DNA from: an uncultured virus (IMG/VR IMGVR_UViG_2554235223_000001)
Taxonomy: Duplodnaviria; Heunggongvirae; Uroviricota; Caudoviricetes
Length of the DNA stretch: 64,000 nucleotides
Virus record (IMG/VR): IMGVR_UViG_2554235223_000001
Reading direction: 5' to 3' (one strand)
Shown piece by piece: positions 1 through 10,806 of the stretch; the stretch's first letter is position 1; each line of letters opens with the position of its first letter. Both the position numbers and the translations under genes were made by a program. A model generated the notes under the pieces. The model worked only from the letters and a program-made list of their open reading frames with translations, had not been told where the DNA came from and made no database searches.

Positions 1-579
1 GGCACGCTGATGGGCGACGACGGGAGCGGCGCCCCGGCCCGGGAGTCGTTCTTCAACTCAGCGCACCCCAGCCCGCGCACCGCCTCAGAGCTCGCCGGCC
101 AGCAGTTGCTGGAGGCGGGAGTGGATGTCAGGGTGGTCCGCTTACCGCAGGTGCATGACACCGTGCGTCAGGGACTGCTGACCTGCTATATCGAACGCGC
201 GGTCGCCAACGGGGCGGTAGCCCTGCGCGGCGAGGGAAGCAACCGCTGGTCAGCCGCCCATGTCGATGACGTCGCACGTCTGTATGTCAGCGCGCTGCTT
301 CAGGGCGCGGCCGGCGAGCGCTATCATGCGGTGGCCGAAGAGGGGATCGCGTTACGCGATATTGCCGCGGTAATTGCCCACGGATTAAACCTGCCGCTGA
401 CCCACCTGGATGAGTCGCAGGTCGACGCCTGGTTCGGCTGGTTTGCGCCGTTTACCGCCCTTGACCTGCGCGCCAGCTCGGCATGGACCCGCGAGCGCTT
501 GCAGTGGCAGCCGGTTGGCCCCGGGCTGCTGGAGGACCTGCAGAACATGGACTATCATAAAGTGACACTGTCACAATAA
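1..579 (+). CDS. NAD-dependent epimerase/dehydratase (SDR) family protein, 5'-truncated by window
   Basis: Open frame from base 1; motifs VRLPQVH, WSAAHVDDVARLY and ERYHAVAEEG typical of atypical SDRs. Confidence 0.75.
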   Translation, partial: GTLMGDDGSGAPARESFFNSAHPSPRTASELAGQQLLEAGVDVRVVRLPQVHDTVRQGLLTCYIERAVANGAVALRGEGSNRWSAAHVDDVARLYVSALLQGAAGERYHAVAEEGIALRDIAAVIAHGLNLPLTHLDESQVDAWFGWFAPFTALDLRASSAWTRERLQWQPVGPGLLEDLQNMDYHKVTLSQ

Positions 580-912
580 TCGAAACACGCTCCCCCTGTA
601 TCACACCCGACGGGTACGGCTAGTCGCCCGTCGGGTCATCGGCTTTCTCCCCGCTATACTGAATCTATTCTCTAGCGTCCGCACGCCGTCGCCGTTTGGT
701 CAACCGCGGCCAAACAGAGCTGACTGGCGATATCGGCGATAAAAAGTTACCATGTTTCACTATACAGACTCGGTTCCGCGACTATTTTAATCAATTGACT
801 GAATACTATACGCACCCGGTAACCGCATTATCCCTCAGGCTTGTTGAAGGCGGTGGTGAATGTCTATTAATCTTAATAAGATAGAGTTCAGCTCTATAAT
901 CAAACAGAAAAT

Positions 913-2556
913 ATGCGCCTGAAATTGTCATCTCTCCTGGCAGCCGTTTCCCTGCTGTGTGGGCCAGCTTTTGCCGCCCCTGCGCTCCCCGACCGCGCCG
1001 ATATCCGCGATAGCGGTTTCGTCTATTGCGTCAGCGGCCAGGTTAATACCTTTAACCCGCAGAAAGTCAGCAGCGGCCTGATTGTCGATACGCTGGCCGC
1101 TCAGATCTACGATCGTCTGCTTGACGTCGATCCCTATACCTACCGGCTGGTCCCCGAGCTGGCGGAGAGCTGGGAAGTTCTCGATAACGGCGCCACCTAC
1201 CGCTTTCACCTGCGCCGCCACGTCCCGTTTCAACGCACGGCGTGGTTTACCCCGACGCGGGACTTTAATGCCGATGACGTCATTTTTACCTTTGGCCGTA
1301 TTTTTAACCGCGACCATCCGTGGCACAACGTCAACGGCAGCAGCTTCCCCTACTTCGACAGCCTGCAGTTTGCTGACAGCGTGGAGAGCGTCCGCAAGCT
1401 GGATAATCAGACCGTGGAGTTTCGCCTCAAGCGGCCGGACGCCTCGTTCCTCTGGCATCTGGCCACCCACTATGCGTCAATTACCTCTGCCGAATATGCC
1501 GCCCGCTTAACGCAGGACGACCGCCAGGAGCAACTGGATCGCCAGCCGGTTGGCACCGGCCCGTTCCAGCTATCCGATTACCGCTCCGGACAATATGTTC
1601 GCCTGCAGCGCCACCCCGGCTACTGGCGCGGCAAACCGTTGATGCCCCAGGTGGTGGTCGACCTTGGCTCCGGCGGCACCGGCCGCCTGTCGAAACTGCT
1701 GACCGGAGAATGCGACGTGCTGGCCTGGCCAGCCGCCAGCCAGTTGACGATCCTGCGTGACGACCCGCGCCTGCGCCTGACGCTGCGCCCGGGAATGAAC
1801 ATCGCCTGGCTGGCCTTCAACACCGCCAAGCCGCCGCTGGATAACCCTGAGGTGCGTCATGCCCTGGCGCTGGCGATCAACAACCAGCGCCTGATGCAGT
1901 CTATCTACTATGGCACCGCGGAGACGGCGGCGTCCATGCTGCCGCGGGCCTCGTGGGCCTACGATAATGACGCTAAAATTACCGAATATAATCCGCAGGA
2001 GGCCCGCGCCCGCCTGAAAGCCCTGGGGCTGGAAAACCTGACCCTCAAGCTGTGGGTGCCCACCAGCTCGCAGGCGTGGAATCCCAGCCCGCTGAAAACG
2101 GCGGAGCTTATCCAGGCGGATATGGCGCAGATTGGCGTTAAGGTGATTATTGTGCCGGTAGAGGGACGTTTCCAGGAGGCGCGCCTGATGGACATGAGCC
2201 ACGACCTGACGCTCTCCGGCTGGGCGACGGACAGTAACGATCCGGACAGTTTCTTCCGACCGCTGCTGAGCTGCGCGGCCATCGCCTCGCAAACCAACTT
2301 TGCCCACTGGTGTAACCGGGAGTTTGACGACGTGCTGCAAAAAGCGCTGCTCTCGCAGCAGCTCTCCTCGCGGATGGACGCTTACAAAGAGGCGCAGCGG
2401 ATCCTCGCCCGCGAACTGCCGGTCCTGCCGCTGGCCTCGTCGCTGCGGCTGCAGGCCTACCGCTATGATATGAAAGGCCTGGTGCTCAGCCCTTTCGGTA
2501 ACGCTTCGTTCGCTGGCGTATCGCGGGAAAATACCGAAGAGGTGAAGAAGCCATGA
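913..2556 (+). CDS. sapA: ABC transporter substrate-binding protein SapA
   Basis: Signal peptide, family-5 SBP motifs ([16 protein letters not shown]); first gene of sapABCDF. Confidence 0.95.
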   Translation: MRLKLSSLLAAVSLLCGPAFAAPALPDRADIRDSGFVYCVSGQVNTFNPQKVSSGLIVDTLAAQIYDRLLDVDPYTYRLVPELAESWEVLDNGATYRFHLRRHVPFQRTAWFTPTRDFNADDVIFTFGRIFNRDHPWHNVNGSSFPYFDSLQFADSVESVRKLDNQTVEFRLKRPDASFLWHLATHYASITSAEYAARLTQDDRQEQLDRQPVGTGPFQLSDYRSGQYVRLQRHPGYWRGKPLMPQVVVDLGSGGTGRLSKLLTGECDVLAWPAASQLTILRDDPRLRLTLRPGMNIAWLAFNTAKPPLDNPEVRHALALAINNQRLMQSIYYGTAETAASMLPRASWAYDNDAKITEYNPQEARARLKALGLENLTLKLWVPTSSQAWNPSPLKTAELIQADMAQIGVKVIIVPVEGRFQEARLMDMSHDLTLSGWATDSNDPDSFFRPLLSCAAIASQTNFAHWCNREFDDVLQKALLSQQLSSRMDAYKEAQRILARELPVLPLASSLRLQAYRYDMKGLVLSPFGNASFAGVSRENTEEVKKP

Positions 2557-3518
2557 TTATTTTTACCCTGCGCCGTCTGCTGCTGCTGCTAATCACTCTC
2601 TTTTTTCTGACCTTTGTCGGTTTCAGCCTGAGCTATTTCACCCCTCATGCCCCACTGCAGGGCGCTTCCCTGTGGAATGCGTGGCTGTTCTGGTTTGAAG
2701 GGGTGCTGCACTGGGATTTCGGCGTCTCCAGCATTAACGGCCAGCTGATTTCTGAGCAGTTGCGCGAGGTTTTCCCGGCGACCATGGAGCTGTGCATCCT
2801 CGCCTTCGGCTTTGCCCTGCTGATAGGCATTCCGGTGGGGATGATCGCCGGCGTAATGCGCAATAAATGGCCCGATACCCTGATCAGCGCCGTCGCGCTG
2901 GTCGGTTTCTCGATCCCGGTCTTCTGGCTGGCGCTGCTCCTGACCCTCTTCTTTTCCCTGACCCTCGGCTGGCTTCCGGTCTCCGGTCGCTTCGATCTGC
3001 TGTATGAGGTGAAAAACGTCACCGGTTTCGCGCTGATCGACGCCTGGCTTTCGGACTCGCCGTGGCGCCATGAGATGATCGTCAGCGCCGCCCGGCATAT
3101 GGTGCTGCCGGTATTGACCCTGGCGGTCGCCCCCACCACTGAAGTGATCCGCCTGATGCGCATTAGCACCAGCGAGGTGTATGACACTAACTATGTAAAA
3201 GCGGCCGCCACCCGCGGCGTGTCGCGACGCAAAATTCTACTGCGCCATGTGCTGCACAACGCCCTGCCGCCGGTGATCCCGCGTCTCGGCCTGCAGTTTT
3301 CCACCATGCTCACCCTGGCGATGATCACTGAGATGGTGTTCAGCTGGCCTGGACTAGGCCGCTGGCTGATCAACGCTATTCGCCAGCAGGACTACGCGGC
3401 GATCTCCGCCGGAGTGATGGTGATTGGCGCGCTGGTGATTATTGTCAACGTAATTTCCGATATTCTCGGTGCCATGGCTAACCCACTGAAACATAAGGAA
3501 TGGTATGCCCTACGATAG
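2553..3518 (+). CDS. sapB: ABC transporter permease SapB
   Basis: 321-aa permease ending [12 protein letters not shown]; overlaps sapA stop. Confidence 0.95.
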   Translation: MIIFTLRRLLLLLITLFFLTFVGFSLSYFTPHAPLQGASLWNAWLFWFEGVLHWDFGVSSINGQLISEQLREVFPATMELCILAFGFALLIGIPVGMIAGVMRNKWPDTLISAVALVGFSIPVFWLALLLTLFFSLTLGWLPVSGRFDLLYEVKNVTGFALIDAWLSDSPWRHEMIVSAARHMVLPVLTLAVAPTTEVIRLMRISTSEVYDTNYVKAAATRGVSRRKILLRHVLHNALPPVIPRLGLQFSTMLTLAMITEMVFSWPGLGRWLINAIRQQDYAAISAGVMVIGALVIIVNVISDILGAMANPLKHKEWYALR

Positions 3519-3519
3519 C
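3504..3519 (+). repeat. Left att core TATGCCCTACGATAGC
   Basis: Identical to 61338-61353; contains sapB stop and the original sapC ATG. Confidence 0.95.
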
Positions 3520-3629
3520 ACCTACAAAATAAATATTTTTGTCAATTAAAAACAATGAGTTAAATTTTAAAATTGTGCAATTTTCCTGATTTTAATACAC
3601 AATTTTGTACACATTGTTTTTGACGTCAT

Positions 3630-3662
3630 CTCCGACAGTCATCAGTTAGATGGCTGTCGGAG
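3630..3662. terminator. Stem-loop CTCCGACAGTCATC-agtta-GATGGCTGTCGGAG
   Basis: 14-bp near-perfect inverted repeat just inside the left att; may end sapAB read-through. Confidence 0.45.
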
Positions 3663-3722
3663 TTCCCTTCCTACGTTTCCCCCACACCTTCTATACTTTC
3701 AGTCTGAAGACTGGAGGTAACC

Positions 3723-4397
3723 ATGTGCGGACGTTTTGCCCAATCACAGACACGCGAAGAATACTTGGCTTATCTTTCAGAAGAAGCCGAGCGCGACATC
3801 GCATACGACCCTGAGCCGATTGGGCGTTACAACGTGGCGCCGGGGACTAAAGTTCTACTCCTGAGCGAACGAGACGAACAGCTACACCTCGATCCGGTTC
3901 ACTGGGGTTACGCACCCGGGTGGTGGGATAAACCACCCTTGATTAATGCCAGGGTTGAGACCGCAGCCAACAGCAGAATGTTTAAACCTCTGTGGCAGCA
4001 CGGTCGTGCGATATGCTTTGCCGATGGCTGGTTTGAATGGAAGCGCGTAGGAGACAAGAAGCAGCCTTACTTTATTCATCGCGCCGACGGCCAGCCAATC
4101 TTCATGGCGGCGATCGGCAGCGTGCCTTTTGAGCGCGGCGACGAAGCCGAAGGGTTTTTGATAGTGACCGCGGCAGCAGATCAAGGGCTCGTAGATATTC
4201 ACGACCGCCGGCCGCTGGTCATGACGCCGGAAGCAGCTCGCGAATGGATGCGGCAGGATATAGGGGGAAAGGAAGCCTCTGATATCGCCGCCGATGGCTC
4301 AGTGTCAGCAGATCATTTTATATGGCATCCTGTTTCCCGTGAAGTGGGCAATGTGAGAAACCAATCTAGCGAACTGATAAATAGCATCTCTATTTGA
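3723..4397 (+). CDS. yedK: SRAP-family abasic-site processing protein (YedK-like)
   Basis: N-terminal MCGRF; RYNVAP, INARVET and IHDRRP motifs; GGAGG RBS. Confidence 0.92.
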   Translation: MCGRFAQSQTREEYLAYLSEEAERDIAYDPEPIGRYNVAPGTKVLLLSERDEQLHLDPVHWGYAPGWWDKPPLINARVETAANSRMFKPLWQHGRAICFADGWFEWKRVGDKKQPYFIHRADGQPIFMAAIGSVPFERGDEAEGFLIVTAAADQGLVDIHDRRPLVMTPEAAREWMRQDIGGKEASDIAADGSVSADHFIWHPVSREVGNVRNQSSELINSISI

Positions 4398-5031
4398 TGC
4401 TTATTAAGAAGGCGACAGATATAAGAAATGCCACATAAAATAGTGCTTGCAACACTAAACATAAACTTTGATAAACTACGCATGTCACAGCACTTCGATT
4501 ACCATGAAGCTTGTCTTTGCCTATCTTATCAAATGTCTTTTTTATTTTTTTTCTCAAGAAACCAGTAGGATATAAGTTCATGTAATCATTATAGAATTCA
4601 TTGACATCTACATTTTTATCACTAACACAATTTATTTCACTCCCTATTTCATCTCGTTCCTTACAGTGCTCATGGTATTTCTTTAACTCTTCTGCAGAAA
4701 TCTGAGCCATACGAATGCTAACTGCAACTGACGAATGCACCACTATAGAAAAGTATTTTGCTAAAAAACCAAAAATCGCAGACGCGCACAAAAATAAAAC
4801 AATATATTTAAATCCGCCTATGCCAGTGTATGGAGTTACCTTATCAATATTCGCAATAATCAATGCAGCCGTACCGCCAACACCAGCCAATAACCACATA
4901 CTAAACTTATCTAAAATAGATGTTATCTCGCTTGTGGCCAAACTAGCTCCATTTATCATGCCACTATGAAAGTTATTGTGTATTACCTCATCCCATTCCT
5001 CAATGGCTTTTTTTAGTTTTTCTTCTTGCAT
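4390..5031 (-). CDS. AT-rich hypothetical membrane protein
   Basis: 213-aa ORF, GAGGA RBS, about three hydrophobic segments. Confidence 0.7.
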   Translation of the reverse strand: MQEEKLKKAIEEWDEVIHNNFHSGMINGASLATSEITSILDKFSMWLLAGVGGTAALIIANIDKVTPYTGIGGFKYIVLFLCASAIFGFLAKYFSIVVHSSVAVSIRMAQISAEELKKYHEHCKERDEIGSEINCVSDKNVDVNEFYNDYMNLYPTGFLRKKIKKTFDKIGKDKLHGNRSAVTCVVYQSLCLVLQALFYVAFLISVAFLISIK

Positions 5032-5072
5032 TTATTCCTCTGGATTGAAATTTAATTTATAGGCATAAACTC

Positions 5073-6338
5073 TTATCGTACTGAAAGAATATCTGAAAAT
5101 CGAGTTGTATACCTCGGCGAAAGCATTTCCCGTTTCATCTGCCAGACAGTCTGGATCCCCTGCCCTGCAAAATACAGAGTTCCTCTTCCGCCTTTCGCAT
5201 TGAGATGGTCGAGAACTTCCATCAGTTTCTCGCTATTCTTCCGTGGTGCGTTGTCGTCGAAGAGGTTGAGCTGGGCCACGCCCTGACTGTAGAAATCCCC
5301 CAGCATCACGCCTGCTTTCTGATAGCGATGTCCGTCTCGCCATATTGCATCGAGGCATTTCGTCGCCGCGGTGATAATGTCCCGGCTGTCCTGGGTTGGC
5401 GTTAGCAGCTTTACCGATGCACTGTTCCCATAGTACGGCTCGTTCAGCGCAAAGGGGCTGGTTTTGACAAATGCCGAGATAAATCTGCAATACTGGTGCT
5501 CACCACGGAGTTTCTCCGCTGCACGTGAGGCGTAGCTGCATATTGCCTGCCTCATCTCATGGTATTCCGTGATACGACCGCCGAACGAACGGCTGCAAAC
5601 GATTTCCTGCTTTACCGGTGCGAACTCCTCCAGCCCGAGGCATGGTTCGCCACGCAGCTCCCGCACGGTTCGCTCCAACACAACGTTGAAGTGTTTCCGG
5701 ATAAAACGGATATCGGTATCAGCCAGTTGAAGCACTGTTTTAATGCCCATAGCCTCCAGTTTTTTACTGATGCGGCGCCCGACTCCCCAGACCTCATCCA
5801 CCGGAAGCAAAGCCATCAACTTCCTCTGCCTTTCCAGATTAGACAGATCCACAACTCCTCCGGTCTGTCGCTGCCACTGTTTCGCAGCATGATTGGCCAG
5901 CTTCGCCAGGGTTTTAGTCTGGGCTATGCCGACGCCGACCGTGAGGTGCGTCCTGCGCAGAACCGTCTCGCGAATTTCCCTGCCAAAATCGGTAAGGTCG
6001 CGACAGTTACGAACACCAGTCAGATCGCAAAATGCCTCATCAATACTGTAAATTTCGCAGCGTGGAGAGAGTTCCTCCAGCGTTGTCATCACTCGGTTGG
6101 ACATATCAGCATAAAGCTCATAGTTGCTGCTAAACGCGATAATACCGTGCCGGCGAAACATGTCCTTTTGCTTGAAATAAGGCTCCCCCATTTTGACGAA
6201 GGGCTTCGCCTCAGCAGAACGAGCAATAACACAGCCATCATTGTTTGACAGAACGACCACCGGCCGCCCCTTCAGGTCAGGACGGAAAACAGTTTCGCAG
6301 GATGCGTAAAATGAGTTCACATCGCAAAGTGCAAACAT
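5073..6338 (-). CDS. umuC: DNA polymerase V catalytic subunit UmuC
   Basis: MFALCDVNSFYASCE, YSIDEAF and C-terminal MKREMLSPRYTT. Confidence 0.96.
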   Translation of the reverse strand: MFALCDVNSFYASCETVFRPDLKGRPVVVLSNNDGCVIARSAEAKPFVKMGEPYFKQKDMFRRHGIIAFSSNYELYADMSNRVMTTLEELSPRCEIYSIDEAFCDLTGVRNCRDLTDFGREIRETVLRRTHLTVGVGIAQTKTLAKLANHAAKQWQRQTGGVVDLSNLERQRKLMALLPVDEVWGVGRRISKKLEAMGIKTVLQLADTDIRFIRKHFNVVLERTVRELRGEPCLGLEEFAPVKQEIVCSRSFGGRITEYHEMRQAICSYASRAAEKLRGEHQYCRFISAFVKTSPFALNEPYYGNSASVKLLTPTQDSRDIITAATKCLDAIWRDGHRYQKAGVMLGDFYSQGVAQLNLFDDNAPRKNSEKLMEVLDHLNAKGGRGTLYFAGQGIQTVWQMKREMLSPRYTTRFSDILSVR

Positions 6339-6339
6339 T

Positions 6340-6759
6340 TCAGCCAGCCGATTTGATGATGTAAGTTACGACCCCGAACACATCGAGAGTATCCACGCTA
6401 CCAACGACTATCGGCGAATATGCAGGGTTCATTGGGTTAAGCTGAACCCGCGGATGCAGCTGCAGCTTCTTAACGGTAAATTCCCCATCCACAGCAGCAA
6501 TAACGATATCGCCATGAACTGCTGTCCTTGAGCTATCCACAACCAGAAGATCCCCTTCCCCTATGCCGGCGTCTTTCATGCTGTCGCCGGCGGCTTTGAC
6601 AAAATACGTCGCACTGGGGTGATTGATTAGTAACTCATTCAGGTCTATGCGTTGCTCAACGTAATCCTGTGCAGGGCTTGGAAAACCACATTGCACAAGG
6701 TCACTGTACAACGGGATCAGCATGATCTCACGTAACTCAACGGGCGTATAAAACTGCAT
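6340..6759 (-). CDS. umuD: DNA polymerase V subunit UmuD
   Basis: CGFPSPA cleavage site, GDSM and FTVKKL S24 motifs; start taken at MQFYTP. Confidence 0.95.
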   Translation of the reverse strand: MQFYTPVELREIMLIPLYSDLVQCGFPSPAQDYVEQRIDLNELLINHPSATYFVKAAGDSMKDAGIGEGDLLVVDSSRTAVHGDIVIAAVDGEFTVKKLQLHPRVQLNPMNPAYSPIVVGSVDTLDVFGVVTYIIKSAG

Positions 6760-6781
6760 AATTGACTCGCTCAGATTAACA

Positions 6782-6797
6782 CTGTTTTTATATACAG
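6782..6797. promoter_or_regulatory. LexA (SOS) box CTGTTTTTATATACAG
   Basis: CTG-N10-CAG with AT-rich spacer just upstream of umuD. Confidence 0.88.
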
Positions 6798-6977
6798 TAG
6801 TTTTAGCAGGGCGACAGATCAATATAGGTTCTGGCTATCAATTTATGTCATTGCCGTAACACATTGATGTAACGAGTGAGGTAAGTCTTAAAGTGTTTTC
6901 AGGCCTTAGCTCTTTGATGGTTTTGCGAACAATGCGAGGTTAAAATTTTTCAGCTATGGCAATGCATTCATAGCAAA

Positions 6978-7020
6978 TTGCTCACCTGCGATCTCTTGCA
7001 TACGGTTCGCAGGTGAGCAA
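6978..7020. terminator. 14-bp perfect stem-loop TTGCTCACCTGCGA/TCGCAGGTGAGCAA
   Basis: Perfect inverted repeat right after an invertase 3'-end relic. Confidence 0.45.
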
Positions 7021-7022
7021 AC

Positions 7023-7080
7023 TTAACCGGCTGGAAAATATTTATAAATCGTCTTCACCCCCTCCTATTACATCGGCTAC
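7023..7080 (-). pseudogene. Relic 2 of serine-invertase C-terminal HTH (frameshifted)
   Basis: Minus strand reads VADVIG, then shifted frame GVKTIYKYFPAG*; matches invertase end VADAIGVDVKTIYKYLPAT. Confidence 0.75.
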
Positions 7081-7209
7081 CGACCCAATGTTTTAACTGC
7101 TCAGACCAGAAATATCTGGAAGCTTTAGGCATCTTCTTGGAAGATAGATGAGCGCAAAGACGCACACAGCAATGATGTTATGTAGTATTTTCCCCTTGAG
7201 TGTGCCTGC

Positions 7210-7300
7210 TCAAGGGGATTTTTTATCGCCGTATTGTACTGGCAAATATTTGTAAATAGTCTTCACCCCCACGCCTGTCACATCGGCCACACGCGACTGG
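7210..7300 (-). pseudogene. Relic 1 of serine-invertase C-terminal HTH
   Basis: Minus strand reads QSRVADVTGVGVKTIYKYLPVQYGDKKSP*. Confidence 0.8.
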
Positions 7301-7308
7301 ACAGGCGG

Positions 7309-7731
7309 TTAGTCCGGTATGTTTCTCGCGCTACTACTGCTTACGTTAACGTCTGGTAATGATCTAGCGGCGCGACGTAAAGCGGCGTTGAAAGCAATTA
7401 TAGTGACCGGCCGGCGTTGGTACTTCACACGGTTAGAATGGCTCTGAAATAAAAAAACATCTTCTGGATAGCGTTCTCTTCTACGAGCAATGATCCCCTC
7501 CACTGGAGGGGTTGATTCAACACGTAGCGCCTTCAGATGTCCCGGTTCCCGTATCATTATCGAACAACCATCAATGTCATCGTAACGGAGTGACAGCAAC
7601 CTTCCCGCACTTAAACGTGTGTAAAAAATCAACGCCCACAAATCAGCCCATGTATCGGACATGTGCATAAGGTTATGGTTAATAGTTAGAAAATCTCTAA
7701 AACTTATTATTTTCTTACTCATCACAAACAA
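7309..7731 (-). CDS. Small degenerate tyrosine-recombinase-like protein
   Basis: LIFYTRLSAGRLLSLRYDDID resembles integrase box I; FLFQS motif; no HxxR/Y box II. Confidence 0.5.
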   Translation of the reverse strand: MFVMSKKIISFRDFLTINHNLMHMSDTWADLWALIFYTRLSAGRLLSLRYDDIDGCSIMIREPGHLKALRVESTPPVEGIIARRRERYPEDVFLFQSHSNRVKYQRRPVTIIAFNAALRRAARSLPDVNVSSSSARNIPD

Positions 7732-7808
7732 ACCAAACTGTTTTCAAAGCTGAATGAATTGATTAAGCCAAACGTAACATATCAGGAAAAGTAGTGAAAT
7801 CTTTGTCT

Positions 7809-8357
7809 TCAAGTCGCCGGGAGGTACTTGTAGATTGTTTTCACGTCTACACCTATTGCATCGGCTACCTGCTGCCGCGTAGCGCCCGTATCCAGCATCC
7901 TGCGGCAGCGCTCCACCACTTCTTCAGTCATTACCCGACGGCGGCCGCCGACTCTCCCCTGCTCCCTAGCAGCGGCTAAACCGGCGCGGGTACGCTCGAC
8001 GATCAGCTCGCGCTCCATTTCCGCCAGGGCGCTCATGACGTGGAAGAAAAAGCGGCCTGCTGGCGTACTGGTATCGATGCTGTCGGTCAGGCTGCGAAAA
8101 TTCACCCCGCGCGCCTGCAGCTCCGACACGAGCGTAATCAGATCGCGCACGCTGCGGCCCAGCCGGTCAAGTTTCCAGACCACCAGCACATCGCCCGGGC
8201 GGAGCCGCCGCAGCGCTCGCTTTAACCCTGGCCGCCGGGCATTCTTCCCGCTGGCCATATCCTCGAAAACCAGCTCACATTCTGCGCGGATCAGCGCGTT
8301 TTTCTGTAAATCGAGGTTTTGATCCCCTGTAGAGACCCGTGCATAGCCAATCAGCAT
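7809..8357 (-). CDS. Serine DNA invertase (Hin/Gin/Cin/Pin family)
   Basis: GYARVST catalytic Ser, VWKLDRLGRS, C-terminal HTH; start lies 44 bp from the left inversion site. Confidence 0.95.
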   Translation of the reverse strand: MLIGYARVSTGDQNLDLQKNALIRAECELVFEDMASGKNARRPGLKRALRRLRPGDVLVVWKLDRLGRSVRDLITLVSELQARGVNFRSLTDSIDTSTPAGRFFFHVMSALAEMERELIVERTRAGLAAAREQGRVGGRRRVMTEEVVERCRRMLDTGATRQQVADAIGVDVKTIYKYLPAT

Positions 8358-8400
8358 GTTGTAACCCGTTGAAATAGCTGATTGTAAAAAGCTGCGGCCA

Positions 8401-8427
8401 TTCGCTCAAACCCTCGTTTGGGCGAAC
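8401..8427 (+). repeat. Left inversion site TTCGCTCAAACCCTCGTTTGGGCGAAC
   Basis: Exact reverse complement of 16798-16824; gix/hix-like AAAC-core-GTTT layout. Confidence 0.93.
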
Positions 8428-10806
8428 GCCTTTTTTGGAGCAAAAAACATGGCCTTTGATCCGCCACTTGGGAGCACTTCGCCCGCGGTGCTGCTCGATA
8501 ACGCCACTCGCCTGGATAACCTGCTGAATAGCCTGGCGCTGGTCTTCCCTGACCGCGCAGGCGAATTGCTTTACACCTGGCGTGGCATCCATCAAAATCT
8601 GATCCCGCTCAGCAAGCAATACATGACGTTAGCAGATGCGCAGGCAGATATCGTGAATATCCCTGTTGGCTCGACAACGTATTACCGCAGCCCGGATGAT
8701 AGTGCTCTTGCCGTCGAAGTGATCAATAACGGCGGTACACTTGAGGAAACTGGAAGGAAAATGCCTTCAGGTGCGGGGGTTGATGCAAAAGTAAGTGCTT
8801 TATATGAATACATAAATGATAAAATTGGCACCATTAATGTTTTGCTTAGCGAAATCTCATCACTTCCGCTAACTAAGTTTACCAGTATCTCAATGCCTGG
8901 TGACACTGTAGTCAATGTCGGGAAAGAATCTGTTTTACGCATTAACTCCCTGTCAGCTGCTGAAACTTCTGACGCCCGAAACCAGAAAAACACACTAAAA
9001 GTAACCCATCTGCAAAGCGGTGTCACAACAGTAATTGCAGAACTACTTCCGGCTGAATACTTTGCTGATAATGTACTTAACTCTCCATATCACTCTGTTC
9101 AATTGGCAAAGTTAAGACCAGCAACAGTTTTGTTTGATGAGACAAATTCAGTTGCCCGAGCAATATTTACCAATGTTCCGCTTATCAATACCTATAAATC
9201 GATCACTGCCTATGCCGTTATCGACAAGTCAGGTGATTTTATTTCCGGTAACACCGGTGCGTATGGCTCAGATGGTAAATATTGCACGCTTTACTCTAAC
9301 CCTGACGGCTCAACCTCAATCCAGCTAACATTCCCCTATTCTGATATTACGGGGGCAGGGTTTAGCATTACTGATGATGGCGTTAAAAACTATTTCTATG
9401 CCTCATTTGATGATGTACATCTTTATTACAGAAGTACCGATGTATCAGTATATAAAACGGCTTACCTTGCCAAATTAAGCGCCGAACCTGCGACAATTTC
9501 TGTAAACGATTATCTGACCATTGACGCAGATATTCTTTATTACAACGGAATTTCCAGGCAGAACACTGACAATAACCCTTTTACCCGTTTTGTTGCTGAT
9601 GTAGTAAATGACATGGCTACCGACTACAGTGGTCCTGTCGAGTTAAAAGTGAGTTTCCCTGCAGGAATGGTGTTTGGTCACAACTGCATTAAGGTATCTG
9701 ACGCTGAAGGAAACGTGTTTGATGCGCAATTTTCTGCAGATGATTTCGTGAACCTTCGCTTTCAGTCAACTGAAGGTTATCACCCTGATGGCTCATTCAA
9801 AACGGGGGCCGTGTGGATCGTCGATTCCGTATCGGCGGGACAAAAAAAATATTATAACGTGGATGTTTTTGGTTATCGCTATGATGATACGATCTATTCC
9901 GAAGGCCTGGAGTACTACGCGCCTTCTGATGCCCTGAAGCGTTATAACATTAAAGTGGGTGATTTGTATTACCGCTTTGGTTTTGCCGGTGGAGCCTATG
10001 GCCTCACATCCATTGATGCTGCTAAAAATGATGATATCAACCGTATCAGATGCACGCTAAGCCCGCAGCATCGCTACGTGACTGCAGGCGCTCAGGTTAT
10101 CGAATATTTCACCTACAACGTTACGCTGAAGGTAATCAATACCGGCCCGCTTTTTACCGAGATTGAGCGCACAGGCTACAATGCCGCCAGTGCCGTTTAT
10201 GCGGCAGGCATTATTAAGGCCACCACTCGCTTCCGCATTTTTAAAAACGGAATTGTCGTTGTGAAAAATATGGTGACTGCCCTGGAGGATATTCCTGTTG
10301 GTAAGATGTGTGGAGCAACTATTAGCTCTAATGTTATTTATAAAAACGGGACGACTCCAGCCTATTCCGGTACCGCTGCTGCAGCAATCACAACCGGAAA
10401 TACAGCCGGTAACGGCAGGTTTTCCTATGTGCCGACCATTGTAAACGGGGATATTCACAGGGATGGAACCTCTGCGGGCCCAACCAGACCGACAGGCATC
10501 ACGATGACGAATGCCGCGTCAGAGTTTACGCTGGGCGTAACCACAGGCTGGCAATATTCATCCCTGTCGGATTATTCATTTCTTAACTGGCCTGTTGAGA
10601 AAAACTGGACATGGACCATTGAAGCCTGGCTGAATGCCAGTGAAACTGAAACAGACCCGTTAACGCTTGCGAAGAAAGTTTACAATCGGCCTGTGGGTTT
10701 TGCGCGTGGCGGGAGACTTCCTAACTTTGCAGTAAAAGAAGCTGAGAATAAGCTGAGAGTATTGCTTGATGGGGTTGCTGACTTCTGGATGAATGGAGAC
10801 TCAGCT

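Noticed and set aside
605..636. Inverted repeat ACCCGACGGG/CCCGTCGGGT as a mobile element end
   Set aside because: Single hairpin after a host gene, most likely a terminator or REP-like sequence
928..3373. Long antisense and alternate-frame ORFs over sapAB (and similar ones over tail, head and sapCDF genes)
   Set aside because: Shadow ORFs of GC-rich coding DNA with no recognisable motifs
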